Shown piece by piece: positions 41,452 through 51,977 of a stretch of DNA of 64,000 bases; position 1 is the stretch's first letter, and each line of letters starts with the position of its first letter. Under the pieces are notes generated by a model, which worked only from the letters and a program-made list of their open reading frames with translations, made no database searches and had not been told where the DNA came from. The DNA is from Candidatus Kaiserbacteria bacterium (lineage in GTDB: Bacteria > Patescibacteriota > Minisyncoccia > Phycocordibacterales > Phycocordibacteraceae), in the NCBI GenBank assembly GCA_029288835.1, contig JARIGN010000004.1:22313-86312 (forward strand), in the 5' to 3' direction. The position numbers and the translations under genes are program-made.

Positions 41452-41533
41452 GGGAGTATGAGCGTGCAATAGCACGCAGGCATAGCAGCACGGCATATTG
41501 CTGCATTTATTAATTTCATAAGCATATTTCACT

Positions 41534-43492
41534 ATGGCAAAGATTCTTGGTATTGACCTGGGAACGACGAACTCCGCAATGGCCATAATGGAAGGCGGAG
41601 AGCCGCGCGTTCTTGAAAACTCTGAGGGTGCACGCACCACCCCGTCTATTGTCGCGATCGCAAAGAATGGCGAGCGGCTCGTAGGTACGCTTGCAAAGCG
41701 TCAGGCAGTGACAAATCCAAAAAATACTATTTACGGTATTAAGCGCTTTATGGGCCATCGTTTTGATGATGCGGCAATTCAAGCAGACCGTGGCGTTGTC
41801 CCCTATGAACTAAAAGCAGGCCCAGACGGTGGCGTACAGGTACACCTCGGCGAGAAGGACTATCGTCCTGAGGAAATCTCTGCAATGATCCTCAGCAAGC
41901 TTAAGGCAGATGCTGAAGCAAAGCTTGGCGAGAAGATCACTGAGGCGGTCATTACCGTGCCCGCATACTTTGACGACGCGCAGCGAAACGCCACAAAAGC
42001 AGCAGGGCAGGTAGCGGGGCTCGACGTGAAGCGCATCATTAACGAGCCAACTGCGGCAGCGCTTGCCTATGGCTTCAACAAAAAGAAAGACGAGAAGATC
42101 GCGGTCTATGACTTCGGCGGCGGTACGTTCGACGTGTCCATTCTCGAAGTCGGTGATGACGTGGTTGAAGTGAAGTCAACCGACGGTGACTCCCACATGG
42201 GTGGCCGCGACATTGACCAGAAGATCGTGCGCTATATTGCCGATGAATTTAAGAAGCAGAGCGGTCTCGATATCACCAAAGACCCGCTTGCGCTCCAGCG
42301 CCTCGATGAAGCTGCGGAAAAAGCAAAGCACGAGCTTTCAAACTCTGCCCAGACCGAGATCAATATTCCGTTTATCACGGTTGGCTCAGACGGCACCCCG
42401 CAGCACCTTCTCCTTAACCTCTCCCGCGCTACCCTTGAAAGCCTTGCTGATGAATACATCACCCGCTCTATAGATATCACCAAGCGAGCAATTGAGGCTG
42501 CTGGCCTTAAGCCTTCAGACATTAACGAAATCGTGATGGTAGGTGGCCAAACTCGCATGCCAAAGATCCAAGAGGAAGTGAAGAAGCTTTTCGGCAAGGA
42601 ACCAAACCTTTCCGTGAATCCTGACGAAGTGGTGGCTGTGGGTGCTGCTATCCAGGCAGGTATTCTGCAGGGTGACGTGAAGGACATTCTCCTTGTGGAC
42701 GTGATTCCGCTTTCTCTTTCAATCGAAACCGCAGGGGGCGTCGCAACCAAGCTCATCGAGCGAAACACCGCAATCCCGACCTCTCGCTCCCAAACCTTCT
42801 CTACGTATGCCGACAACCAGACCAGCGTTGAGATCCATGTGATCCAGGGAGAACGCGCCATGGCTTCTGACAACAAGAGCCTTGGAAAGTTCCAGCTCGA
42901 GGGCATTCCTCCGGCTCCACGCGGCATGCCACAGATCGAGGTGACTTTTGATCTCGACACGAACGGTATCCTCACGGTAAAGGCAAAAGAAAAGACTACC
43001 GGCAAGGAGCAGTCGATCCGCATCGAAGGCTCAACGGGTCTTTCAAGCGCCGATATCGAAAAAATGAAGCAGGATGCAGAAATGCACGCAGCAGAAGATG
43101 AGAAGCGCAAGGAGCTTGCCGAAGCAAAGAATCTTGCTGAGCAGATGGTATACACCGCAGAAAAGGCAGTAAAGGAAAATGGGGACAAGGTAGATGCAGC
43201 GGTTGTGACGGATGTAAATGAAAAGATTGCAGCACTTAAGACTGCACGAGAAGGCGAGAGCGTTGACGCCATTAAGAGCGCAAGCGAAGCACTTTCTTCA
43301 GCACTCTCAAAGATTGGAGAAGCAATGATGCAGCAGCAAAATACTGCAGGGGCAGAAGGTGCCACTGGGGCAACAGAGGGATCAGAAGCAGCAAATGACT
43401 CTGGAGCAGGAAGTGCTTCGAGCGGAGCAGAAGGGCAGGGCGATTCCTCAGCAGCCACCGACGCTGACTTCACGGAAAATCCAGGGAGCTAA
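41534..43492 (+). CDS. dnaK: Chaperone DnaK
   Basis: [44 protein letters not shown]. Confidence 0.99.
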   Translation: MAKILGIDLGTTNSAMAIMEGGEPRVLENSEGARTTPSIVAIAKNGERLVGTLAKRQAVTNPKNTIYGIKRFMGHRFDDAAIQADRGVVPYELKAGPDGGVQVHLGEKDYRPEEISAMILSKLKADAEAKLGEKITEAVITVPAYFDDAQRNATKAAGQVAGLDVKRIINEPTAAALAYGFNKKKDEKIAVYDFGGGTFDVSILEVGDDVVEVKSTDGDSHMGGRDIDQKIVRYIADEFKKQSGLDITKDPLALQRLDEAAEKAKHELSNSAQTEINIPFITVGSDGTPQHLLLNLSRATLESLADEYITRSIDITKRAIEAAGLKPSDINEIVMVGGQTRMPKIQEEVKKLFGKEPNLSVNPDEVVAVGAAIQAGILQGDVKDILLVDVIPLSLSIETAGGVATKLIERNTAIPTSRSQTFSTYADNQTSVEIHVIQGERAMASDNKSLGKFQLEGIPPAPRGMPQIEVTFDLDTNGILTVKAKEKTTGKEQSIRIEGSTGLSSADIEKMKQDAEMHAAEDEKRKELAEAKNLAEQMVYTAEKAVKENGDKVDAAVVTDVNEKIAALKTAREGESVDAIKSASEALSSALSKIGEAMMQQQNTAGAEGATGATEGSEAANDSGAGSASSGAEGQGDSSAATDADFTENPGS

Positions 43493-43576
43493 GGGTAGTC
43501 TCTTCGCAACTTCAGGCATACAGCTCGCTACAACACGGGCTTGACATTACGTCCATGAAGGTGTAATACTAAACCT

Positions 43577-44077
43577 ATGACTATCAATACCGTATCCCGT
43601 CTCGGAAGCGTTCTCGCCGCATTGGTGCTTGTGTTTGCAGGGATTTCCCATGCAACGCCAGCCTTTGCGTACTATGGCGCTCTTGAGGGTACCCAGCCAC
43701 TCAGTGCCGTTTGTAACGGTCGCTATGACCCAACCTGCCTTATGAAGGAAACGGCATACGCTCAGCAGCTCAATGCTCCGTATACGAGTTGGCATAATTA
43801 CCAGTATCAAGCTCCAGCACTTCCTCATACCTACGGCGTGCCGTATGTGGCTCCTACCTACGTAGCTCCGACGTACTACAACTACACGAGCTACCCATAC
43901 AGCTATAGTTACAACTACCAGTATCAGTACGTAATGCCAGCAACTTCATACTATGCTGCACCCACCTACTACACGCCTACCGCATACAGCTATGACGACT
44001 ACAATAGCTACGACTCTTATGATAGCTATGACAATTACGAAAGCTGTGGTTCCTATTCCTACAATTGCGGCTACTAA
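43577..44077 (+). CDS. Secreted tyrosine-rich low-complexity protein
   Basis: Signal peptide ending PAFA. YVAPT repeats and YDS repeats. Terminal Cys pair. Confidence 0.75.
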   Translation: MTINTVSRLGSVLAALVLVFAGISHATPAFAYYGALEGTQPLSAVCNGRYDPTCLMKETAYAQQLNAPYTSWHNYQYQAPALPHTYGVPYVAPTYVAPTYYNYTSYPYSYSYNYQYQYVMPATSYYAAPTYYTPTAYSYDDYNSYDSYDSYDNYESCGSYSYNCGY

Positions 44078-44101
44078 TTCAGTAGTGCACTCGTAAAAGT
44101 G

Positions 44102-44140
44102 AACGAAAAGTCTCGGTTGCTACCGAGACTTTTTCGTTTT
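44102..44140. terminator. Intrinsic terminator upstream of dnaJ
   Basis: aaaagtctcggt-tgct-accgagactttt. Confidence 0.75.
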
Positions 44141-44155
44141 ATACTGGGTTTACGT

Positions 44156-45259
44156 ATGGCAAACTCCAAGAATTACTACGAAATACTCGGTATCGACAAG
44201 AAGGCAGACAAGGATGAGGTGAAGAAAGCATTCCGAAAACTCGCCCAGAAGTACCACCCTGACAAAGGCGGCAGCGAGGACAAATTTAAGGAAATAACTG
44301 AGGCATATAGCGTGCTTTCTGATGACAAGAAGCGCCGCGAATACGACTCGTACGGCCAGACCTTTCCGGGTGGCGCCGCACCAGGCGCCGGAGGATTTGG
44401 GGGGAATATGGGAGGATTTGATTTCTCGAATTTTCAAGGGTTTCAGCAAGGAATGGGTGGTATTGAGTTTGATATTTCTGACCTCTTTTCTGGGATGGCT
44501 GGTGACATATTTGGCGGGGGAGGAGGACGAGTAAAGCGTGGGCGCGATATTTCAATGGACGTTGAGATCTCCTTCAAGGAGTCTATTCTCGGGGTGCAGC
44601 GTTCTGTCCTTATAACCAAAGTGAGCCAATGTGAAGTTTGCGAGGGCAGCGGAGCAAAGCCAAAGACCGAAATGGAGACCTGCAAGACCTGTAACGGTGC
44701 GGGACGCATCCATGAGACACGCGACTCCATCCTTGGGGCGTTCACGAGCGTACGTACTTGCCCAAATTGTGAAGGCAGCGGCAAGGTACCAAAGGAGAAG
44801 TGTACAAACTGCGGCGGTCGCGGCGTAGTTCGCAAAGAAGAGGAGATTAAGCTCACTATTCCTGCAGGCATGGACAATGGCGAAATGATCCGCATGCCGG
44901 GGCATGGCGAAGCGGTTAAAGGTGGCCGGGCAGGAGACCTGTACATAAAAGTGCATGTAAAGCCACATGCCGTATTTCATAAAGAAGGGGCAAACCTCAT
45001 CATGAATCTGCCAATAAAGCTCACCGACGCACTGCTCGGCACCACCGTTTCTGTTACCACCATCGACGATAAAGTCCTCGACGTGAAAGTGCCTCCCATG
45101 CAGCAAACAGAAGAGACGCTCCGCGTTCGCGGAAAGGGAGTGAAGTTTTCAGAAGGTGGCTCCGGTGACCTGCTCATTCGCGTCACGGCAAGCCTTCCAC
45201 GAAAGCTTTCCAGCAAGGCTAAAAAGGCGATTGAAGACCTAAAGAGCGAGGGTCTTTAA
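44156..45259 (+). CDS. dnaJ: Chaperone DnaJ
   Basis: J domain HPD, G/F region, four CxxCxGxG repeats. Confidence 0.98.
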   Translation: MANSKNYYEILGIDKKADKDEVKKAFRKLAQKYHPDKGGSEDKFKEITEAYSVLSDDKKRREYDSYGQTFPGGAAPGAGGFGGNMGGFDFSNFQGFQQGMGGIEFDISDLFSGMAGDIFGGGGGRVKRGRDISMDVEISFKESILGVQRSVLITKVSQCEVCEGSGAKPKTEMETCKTCNGAGRIHETRDSILGAFTSVRTCPNCEGSGKVPKEKCTNCGGRGVVRKEEEIKLTIPAGMDNGEMIRMPGHGEAVKGGRAGDLYIKVHVKPHAVFHKEGANLIMNLPIKLTDALLGTTVSVTTIDDKVLDVKVPPMQQTEETLRVRGKGVKFSEGGSGDLLIRVTASLPRKLSSKAKKAIEDLKSEGL

Positions 45260-45302
45260 TTCCTTCGCCATTTCGCCTATATAGGTGCGCTATACTGTAT
45301 CC

Positions 45303-45824
45303 ATGGATCAGCTAGCGCTGCAGGTATCAAACATCGCCACTAATAGCGCGCTCCACGCCTGGGCACTTCTCGATAATTTCCTCATACTCGTCCTGCTGAC
45401 GGTCATTATGATCGGCTTTTCTTATTATGGAGGCCGTGGGGGCATCATTTCCGTGCAGCTCGCGTTCTATGTCGGGTATGGGATTTACATGATTTTCCCC
45501 TTTACGAATTACTTCATCGGCTTCGGGGGAGCACCGCTTGAAAAGGCAGTCATCAGCTCAATCCTCTTTATTATTGCTTCCTTTGTGCCGTTTCTTTTTA
45601 TAAACAAAATGCTCAGCGGGGGATTTGGCATTTTAAGCTTTGTGCCGCGCTTTGTGCTTTCGCTTGCCACCGCCTGCTTCTTGATAGCACTCGCGTACCA
45701 CGTCTTTTACGTGACCCATATCTACACCTTCCCAGAACCAATGAATTCTCTCTTCTCGCCTGACCAGTACTTCTTCTGGTGGTTTATCGCACCGCTCGCT
45801 GCACTTTTCTTCCTTGTGCACTAA
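45303..45824 (+). CDS. Multi-pass membrane protein of unknown function
   Basis: About five hydrophobic helices. TATACT 6 nt before ATG. Confidence 0.75.
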   Translation: MDQLALQVSNIATNSALHAWALLDNFLILVLLTVIMIGFSYYGGRGGIISVQLAFYVGYGIYMIFPFTNYFIGFGGAPLEKAVISSILFIIASFVPFLFINKMLSGGFGILSFVPRFVLSLATACFLIALAYHVFYVTHIYTFPEPMNSLFSPDQYFFWWFIAPLAALFFLVH

Positions 45825-45889
45825 TAGTTTCAAGATACCACCTAACGACCTAGGGTAATAGAACACAACATTTGTGCTATACTAGCAAT

Positions 45890-47785
45890 ATGCGTTCGAT
45901 AGCGGCTACAAAAACCGCGCGCCAGAAAAAAGAAAGGCGTGCGGGTTCCCATACTATTTTTACGGTCTACAGCAAGGAGCTGGGGAAGTTTCCGCTACTT
46001 TTTCTGGGCACCCTCTGTGGCACCATTTTTATTCAGACTGCTGACCTCATTTCGCCGCTTTACCTAAAGCGCTTTTTTAACACGCTCATTCTTTCGCACA
46101 CAAGCCCCACCGTCGTGCACGGACTTTTTATAACGCTCGCCATCATCGCATTTTTTGAAGTAGTGAATTGGGTTGGCTTCCGCGTGCAGGCATTTAGCAT
46201 AATGTACCTCGAGTCGAAAGCCATGAGCGACCTGTACGCAAATTCCTTTGAGTACCTCATGCAGCATTCCTACAACTTCTTCAGCTCGCAGTTTTCAGGA
46301 ACGCTCACGCGCCGCATCAGCAAATTTGCAAACGCATTTGAAACACTTCTCGACAGCATCATGCTGCAGTTCCTTCCGACGACTATTTTTGTGGCTGGAG
46401 CAATAATAATTTTGTTTATTAATAACCATACGCTTGGGTTGCTTCTTGGAGGATGGGCAATACTTTTCGTTGCGTTCCAAGTATATGTGGGAAAGCTACG
46501 CCAACCGCTCCGCGTTGAGCGTGCGGAAGAAGATAGCCGCATGACCGGAAACTTGGCGGATGCTATTTCCAACCAAAGCACTATCTGGCTTTTTTCTGCT
46601 AACGCCTTTGAATTTGCGCGCTTCCGAGAAGCAATCCGCAAGTGGAAAAAGGCCACCATGCGCGCATGGAACGCTGACGAATGGATTTGGGCATCTTTGG
46701 GACTTCTCATGGGCGGCATTTACGTGGGCATGCTCTATGCCGCAGTCTACTACTGGCAGCGCGGCCAGCTCACCATAGGAGATTTCGTGCTTATCCAAGC
46801 CTATCTTCTCACCACTTTCCAGCAGCTCGTGGGCATTAACCGAAACCTGCGTCGCTTCTATGACGGTCTCGCTGACGCAGCAGAAATGGTTCAGATATTT
46901 AATTTGCCGCATGAGATTCAGGATGATGCTGACGCAAAAGCGCTTGAAGTGACGAAAGCAGAGATTGAATTCAAGAATGTGGGATTTTATTTCAACCCGG
47001 AGCACACCATTTTCGAGCACTTTAATCTACACATCTCGGGTACTGAAAAAGTCGCGCTTGTCGGCCCTTCCGGAGCAGGAAAGTCTACCATTACCCGCCT
47101 TATCCTTCGCTTCTATGACGCGAAAAGTGGCGAGATTCTTATAGACAACCAAAATATTACGCAGGTAACCCAAGAAAGCCTTCGCGGTGCTATTTCGTTT
47201 GTGCCGCAGGAGCCAATCCTTTTCCATCGCTCGCTTATGGAAAATATTCGCTATGGTCGCCGTGACGCCACCGATGAGGAAGTTATTGAAGCTGCCAAAA
47301 AAGCGCATGCACACGAATTCATTAGTCATTTTCCTGATGGATACGAGACATTTGTGGGGGAGCGTGGCGTAAAGCTTTCTGGGGGTGAGCGCCAGCGCGT
47401 GGCTATTGCACGTGCCATCCTTAAGAATTCTCCTATTCTCGTACTAGACGAAGCCACCTCAAGCCTTGACTCTGAGTCGGAAGCACTCATCCAGGAAGCG
47501 CTCGATGTGCTTATGGAAGGGAAGACGGTCATCACCATTGCACACCGCCTTTCAACCATTATGAAAATGGACAGGATTGTGGTGGTAGACGGCGGAAAAA
47601 TTGTTGCAGAGGGAACCCACGATAAGCTTTTGGAAGATGAACAGGGCCTCTACCACAAGCTATGGAGCATCCAGGCAGGCGGCTTTTTACAAGATGAAAT
47701 AGAAGAGGGCGAAGAGATCCTTACGGAAGCTGGAACTTCAAAAACTGTGGATGAGGACCTTGAAACTCAGCTATATATCGTATAA
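45890..47785 (+). CDS. ABC exporter, fused permease/ATPase (MsbA/ABCB-like)
   Basis: N-terminal TM domain, GPSGAGKS, LSGGERQR, LDEATSSLD, IAHRLST. Confidence 0.95.
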   Translation: MRSIAATKTARQKKERRAGSHTIFTVYSKELGKFPLLFLGTLCGTIFIQTADLISPLYLKRFFNTLILSHTSPTVVHGLFITLAIIAFFEVVNWVGFRVQAFSIMYLESKAMSDLYANSFEYLMQHSYNFFSSQFSGTLTRRISKFANAFETLLDSIMLQFLPTTIFVAGAIIILFINNHTLGLLLGGWAILFVAFQVYVGKLRQPLRVERAEEDSRMTGNLADAISNQSTIWLFSANAFEFARFREAIRKWKKATMRAWNADEWIWASLGLLMGGIYVGMLYAAVYYWQRGQLTIGDFVLIQAYLLTTFQQLVGINRNLRRFYDGLADAAEMVQIFNLPHEIQDDADAKALEVTKAEIEFKNVGFYFNPEHTIFEHFNLHISGTEKVALVGPSGAGKSTITRLILRFYDAKSGEILIDNQNITQVTQESLRGAISFVPQEPILFHRSLMENIRYGRRDATDEEVIEAAKKAHAHEFISHFPDGYETFVGERGVKLSGGERQRVAIARAILKNSPILVLDEATSSLDSESEALIQEALDVLMEGKTVITIAHRLSTIMKMDRIVVVDGGKIVAEGTHDKLLEDEQGLYHKLWSIQAGGFLQDEIEEGEEILTEAGTSKTVDEDLETQLYIV

Positions 47786-47792
47786 TCAAAAA

Positions 47793-48179
47793 ATGCATTT
47801 TGGTGAACACATAACAATTGATGGATACGGAGGCGACCCTGAGCTGCTCGATAACGGCGAGTTGGTGAAAAGTTGTTTTCCAGAGCTTTGCACGCTGCTC
47901 GGCATGCATCCTCTTATTGAACCCCAGGTTATTTCCGCACCCGACAACCAGATAAAAGACCCAGGTGGCTGGAGCTGCTTTGTGATCATTGCGGAAAGCC
48001 ACATTGCAATGCACACCTTCCCAAAGCGTGGTTTTATCAGTGCCGATGTTTACACGTGCCAGAATGGCCTCGAGACGGAAAAAATAAAGCAGTACTTCAT
48101 CGAAAAGTTTAAACTCCAGGAAATTGAAACAAACCTGGTGATGCGGGGCACAAAGTATCCAGAGCATAATATAATTTAG
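47793..48179 (+). CDS. speD: Pyruvoyl-dependent S-adenosylmethionine decarboxylase family proenzyme, small type
   Basis: GEHITIDGYG, IIAE-SHIAMHTFP self-cleavage site, DVYTC. Confidence 0.85.
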   Translation: MHFGEHITIDGYGGDPELLDNGELVKSCFPELCTLLGMHPLIEPQVISAPDNQIKDPGGWSCFVIIAESHIAMHTFPKRGFISADVYTCQNGLETEKIKQYFIEKFKLQEIETNLVMRGTKYPEHNII

Positions 48180-48213
48180 TGACAAAGTATATTTATTATT
48201 GTATACTAATATT

Positions 48214-49278
48214 GTGATTAAAATTACTGACTTACCTGAATACGCCGCGCACGAGGCTGTGCTCCGCATTGAAGATAAAGAAACGGGATTACGGGGATTT
48301 ATCGCGATACACAATACCAATCGTGGACCGGCGGTAGGGGGAACGCGCTTTTGGTACTACAAGAATGAAGAAGAAGCACTGAAGGATGCGCTCCGTCTTT
48401 CGCGGGCGATGACCTATAAATGCGCTGCAACGGATCTTCCTTACGGAGGAGGCAAGGCAGTACTCATGGCACCCAAAGACCAAGCAGCGAGCCATACATT
48501 TAAAAATGAAAAATACCTACAGTCCTATGCACGGAGGTTGGAACTTCTTGATGGGCATTTTTTTACTGGTGAGGATGTTGGCATGGATGAAAAAGATATC
48601 GGGGTTTTAGCCCGCAACTCCAGCAGCATTATAGGCAGACCTACCATTGGTGGCCTGCCTTCTCCCTATGCGGCAAGTAGCGTGTTTGAGTCTATGCGTG
48701 CAGCGCTAACGCATGCTTATGGCTCAGATTCTTTTGTAGGGCGCACCGTAGCTATAAAAGGGCTAGGAAATGTGGGTCTTGAACTGGCTCAGATGCTTAC
48801 CAAAGAGGGAGCAGAGATTATTGGCGCTGACGTGAACCCAGAAAAGGTTGCTGCGGCCCAGCGTTTACTTCTAAACTGCAAAATAGTACCCTCACACCTT
48901 ATCCATAAGCAAAAAGTAGATATTTATTCTCCTTGTGCATTAGGAGGGGACCTTACTGCTACCGTTATTGCTAGCCTGCAGTGTAGTATTGTGTGCGGTT
49001 CTGCAAATAACCAGCTTGCTACTCCAAAGGACGCCTCCCGTCTTTTTGCGCGCGGTATACTGTATGTACCCGACTATGTCGCGAACGCCGGTGGGCTCAT
49101 TACGGTAGTAGACGAGCTGCAATCAGGCGGATATGACAAAAAGCGGGTTGAGCGAAACATTATGCAAATCAGGGAAACCGTTCTCCACATCCTTTCTGAA
49201 TCAAAAAAGAAAAAAGTATCCGAAAGTATCATTGCTGATGCACTTGCGGAAAGACGCTTTCTTACGACTCACCAATAA
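48214..49278 (+). CDS. Leu/Phe/Val dehydrogenase
   Basis: GPAVGGTR, MTYK, GGGKAV, GEDVG, GLGNVG, GSANNQL, PDYVANAGG. GTG start 6 nt after TATACT. Confidence 0.93.
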   Translation: MIKITDLPEYAAHEAVLRIEDKETGLRGFIAIHNTNRGPAVGGTRFWYYKNEEEALKDALRLSRAMTYKCAATDLPYGGGKAVLMAPKDQAASHTFKNEKYLQSYARRLELLDGHFFTGEDVGMDEKDIGVLARNSSSIIGRPTIGGLPSPYAASSVFESMRAALTHAYGSDSFVGRTVAIKGLGNVGLELAQMLTKEGAEIIGADVNPEKVAAAQRLLLNCKIVPSHLIHKQKVDIYSPCALGGDLTATVIASLQCSIVCGSANNQLATPKDASRLFARGILYVPDYVANAGGLITVVDELQSGGYDKKRVERNIMQIRETVLHILSESKKKKVSESIIADALAERRFLTTHQ

Positions 49279-49280
49279 CT

Positions 49281-50819
49281 ATGCCGAAGGCGAAGCATCC
49301 AGGAATACGGGCTCGAATTCCCGCGAACAAGGCGGTTGTACTCGCACGTTCTGCTTCAGCTAGTTATTGGGAACATGTACGCAAGAAAAATGCACTCGAC
49401 CTTTTTAAGAAAGCTGCCAAAGAAGTACCAGCCTATAAGAAATTTCTTGAAGAGCACGGCATACAAGCTTCAACCGTTAAGACGTGGGAGGATTTTACGA
49501 AGATACCCGCTACCAGCAAGGCGAACTATTTGCGCGTAAACCCACCCGAGTCAATTGTATGGAAGGGAAATCTTGCTCGGCCCTCTGTCTATTCGGCAAC
49601 TTCGGGATCTACTGGTACGCCTTTTTACTTTCAACGCTCTCAAAATTTAGAAGAGGAATATTCTGCACTCATTGAGCTTTTTTTCCTTTCGAACGGAACC
49701 GTGCCAAGTCCTGAATGCCCGACCCTCGTCATTATTGGCTTCGGGATGGGAGTGTGGATCGGCGGTATGTTAACATTCCGTGCCTATGAGATAGCCAGTC
49801 ACCGAGGCTATCCTGTTTCCATTCTTCCTGCGGGAGTAAATAAGAATGAAATATTGCACGCATTCAGAAACCTCGCGCCACACTATAAACAGACCATTCT
49901 TATCGGCTATCCTCCTTTTATTAAAGACATTTTGGACGAAGCTGCCCTGGAAGGCATTGATCTCAAGTCTTTACACTTGCGTCTCCAGTTTGCTGCCGAA
50001 TCATTTACGGAACAGTTTAGGGAATATGTGGGTACGAAAGCTGGAATACAGAATATCGTTCGTGACACGTTCAATGTGTATGGCACCTCCGATATTGGAG
50101 CCATGGCCTTTGAGACCCCGGTCTCCATCCTTGTGCGACGGCTTGCCTTGCAGAACCCCGAGCTCTATACCGCACTCTTTGGTTCATTACACAAGATGCC
50201 TACGGTGGCGCAATACAATCCTGCATACATGACCTTTGAGCAGTCAGAAGAAGGAGAAGTGCTTTTAACGGGGAACAGTGCCGTGCCGCTCATTCGGTAT
50301 GCGGTAGGGGACCATGGAGGAGTTCGTTCTTATGAAGAGGTTAACAGTCTCTGCAATTCCTTTGGCATTGACCTTGAGGAAGAATGCAAAAAGCACGAGG
50401 TTCCACTTTATAAGTTTCCTTTTGTCTATGTGTATGAGCGAGCAGACCTGGCCACCACCCTCTATGGCTTACAGATATTTCCACAGTACATAAAGGATGT
50501 GCTCCTCAGCGACTTTGCCCAGGAGAAACTCACGGGTAAATTCCAGCTTGCCACAAAATATGACGCAGAACAAAACCAGTTTTTAGAAATTAATGTTGAA
50601 TTGAAGAAAGGAGTTGACGCCGCTGATGCCGAATTCATTCAAGAGATTGAACACCATATTTACACAGCACTTTTGGAGAAAAGTTCGGAATTTCGAGAAC
50701 TCTCGACGTTTGTACACAATCGTAAACTTTTTGTCCTCGTATTTCACGAGGCAGGAAACGCAGAATTCTTTCCTCAAGGAATCAAGCAAAAATGGGTGCA
50801 GAAGACAGCCGTTAAATGA
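49281..50819 (+). CDS. Phenylacetate-CoA ligase (PaaK)-like adenylate-forming enzyme
   Basis: VPAYKKFL, P-loop ATSGSTGTP, IGYPPF, YGTSD, LIRYAVGD, ERAD hinge. Confidence 0.88.
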   Translation: MPKAKHPGIRARIPANKAVVLARSASASYWEHVRKKNALDLFKKAAKEVPAYKKFLEEHGIQASTVKTWEDFTKIPATSKANYLRVNPPESIVWKGNLARPSVYSATSGSTGTPFYFQRSQNLEEEYSALIELFFLSNGTVPSPECPTLVIIGFGMGVWIGGMLTFRAYEIASHRGYPVSILPAGVNKNEILHAFRNLAPHYKQTILIGYPPFIKDILDEAALEGIDLKSLHLRLQFAAESFTEQFREYVGTKAGIQNIVRDTFNVYGTSDIGAMAFETPVSILVRRLALQNPELYTALFGSLHKMPTVAQYNPAYMTFEQSEEGEVLLTGNSAVPLIRYAVGDHGGVRSYEEVNSLCNSFGIDLEEECKKHEVPLYKFPFVYVYERADLATTLYGLQIFPQYIKDVLLSDFAQEKLTGKFQLATKYDAEQNQFLEINVELKKGVDAADAEFIQEIEHHIYTALLEKSSEFRELSTFVHNRKLFVLVFHEAGNAEFFPQGIKQKWVQKTAVK

Positions 50820-50831
50820 TAGAATAGGGCT

Positions 50832-51971
50832 ATGAATACTTTCCCAAAACCAGTACTGAAAGAAGCGATTGATACACCTGAAAACCTTTTTTCTTCTTAT
50901 GAAATTAGTCGCTCACTAGACCTGTATGACGAGCTCCTAGAGGAGTTATTCTTGATTCGTAATCCGCAGTATAAATTTAACCCAAACTATACGACAGAAT
51001 TCCAGCAGTGGAAGGCTGCGTTGGAGACTGCGCAACCTGCGCTCGCGCACGGCATGTGGGCGTATTTCCCTTGGTCTAAAATAGCGGTACGGGTACTGCC
51101 TGATGCGGAACACCTTGAGCTTAGGACGGCACGAAATAAAAACCTCATTACCAAAGAGGAACAAGAAAAGTTTTATAACTCTCGCATTGCGGTTGCTGGC
51201 CTTTCCGTAGGAAGCCATGGCGCACTCACGCTCGCACTCATGGGTGGCGCTCGCACCCTTTTCCTTGCCGATCCCGACACTATTTCAGGGTCAAACCTAA
51301 ACCGCATCCGCTATGACTATACAACAATTGGCAGGAAGAAAGCGGAAGTAGCTGCTGAATATATCTACCAACTAAACCCCTATGCTGAGGTGCATCTTTT
51401 TTCAGAGGGAGTAAGTGCAGAAAATATTGATACATTTCTGGGCGGAGATGAAAAGGTGCAGCTTCTGGTGGAAGAGCTTGATAACCTTGAGATGAAGGTT
51501 CGGCTTCGCCTTGCGGCAAAAGAAAAAGGGATTCCAGTAATTATGGCCACCGATAATGGCGACGGTATTATTATGGACATAGAACGCTACGACCTTAACC
51601 CTAACACTGAGCTCTTTAATGGTGCCCTCGGTCACTTGACGATGGAAGAGTTTTCACAGTTTACCCCGAGCGACCTTCCCAAGCTTGCAACAAAGGTGGC
51701 GGGAGTAGAAGTAGTGGTGCCTCGCATGCTCTTGTCCCTTAAAGAAGTAGGAAAGACTTTGTATTCATGGCCACAGCTTGGTGACGCTGCAACTCTTTCA
51801 GGAGTAGCTATTGCGTATATTGCGCGCAAAATCATTCTTGGAGAACCAGTCCGCGATGGCAAGCACGAGATTAACCTTGATGCGATCTTTGATGCACACT
51901 ATGACTCTGCAGAAGCAGTTGCTGAACGGGAACAGGTTCGTTCAGCTTTTAAGCAGGCACTAGGACTATAG
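50832..51971 (+). CDS. ThiF-family adenylyltransferase of Rv1355c/OxzB N-terminal type
   Basis: WAYFPW, RTARNKNLITKEEQ, VAGLSVG, ADPDTISGSNLNRI, IPVIMATD, DIERYD, SWPQL. No MoeB zinc CxxC. Confidence 0.88.
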   Translation: MNTFPKPVLKEAIDTPENLFSSYEISRSLDLYDELLEELFLIRNPQYKFNPNYTTEFQQWKAALETAQPALAHGMWAYFPWSKIAVRVLPDAEHLELRTARNKNLITKEEQEKFYNSRIAVAGLSVGSHGALTLALMGGARTLFLADPDTISGSNLNRIRYDYTTIGRKKAEVAAEYIYQLNPYAEVHLFSEGVSAENIDTFLGGDEKVQLLVEELDNLEMKVRLRLAAKEKGIPVIMATDNGDGIIMDIERYDLNPNTELFNGALGHLTMEEFSQFTPSDLPKLATKVAGVEVVVPRMLLSLKEVGKTLYSWPQLGDAATLSGVAIAYIARKIILGEPVRDGKHEINLDAIFDAHYDSAEAVAEREQVRSAFKQALGL

Positions 51972-51977
51972 GCACCT

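Noticed and set aside
41469-41495. CIRCE element before dnaK
   Set aside because: atagcacgc resembles the left arm, but no GAGTGCTAA right arm follows at 9 nt.
42232-43473. 413-aa antisense ORF opposite dnaK
   Set aside because: Well-known shadow ORF caused by codon bias in hsp70 genes. No start signals or motifs.
49281-50819. Phenylacetate catabolism (paa pathway)
   Set aside because: No epoxidase or beta-oxidation genes nearby. The context is biosynthetic and signalling.
50832-51971. ThiF as a thiamine/molybdopterin enzyme, ubiquitin-like E1 of CBASS/Bil defence, or RiPP maturase
   Set aside because: No ThiS/MoaD/Ubl, E2, JAB, cyclase or precursor peptide adjacent. Lacks the zinc CxxC pairs and carries Rv1355c-type motifs.
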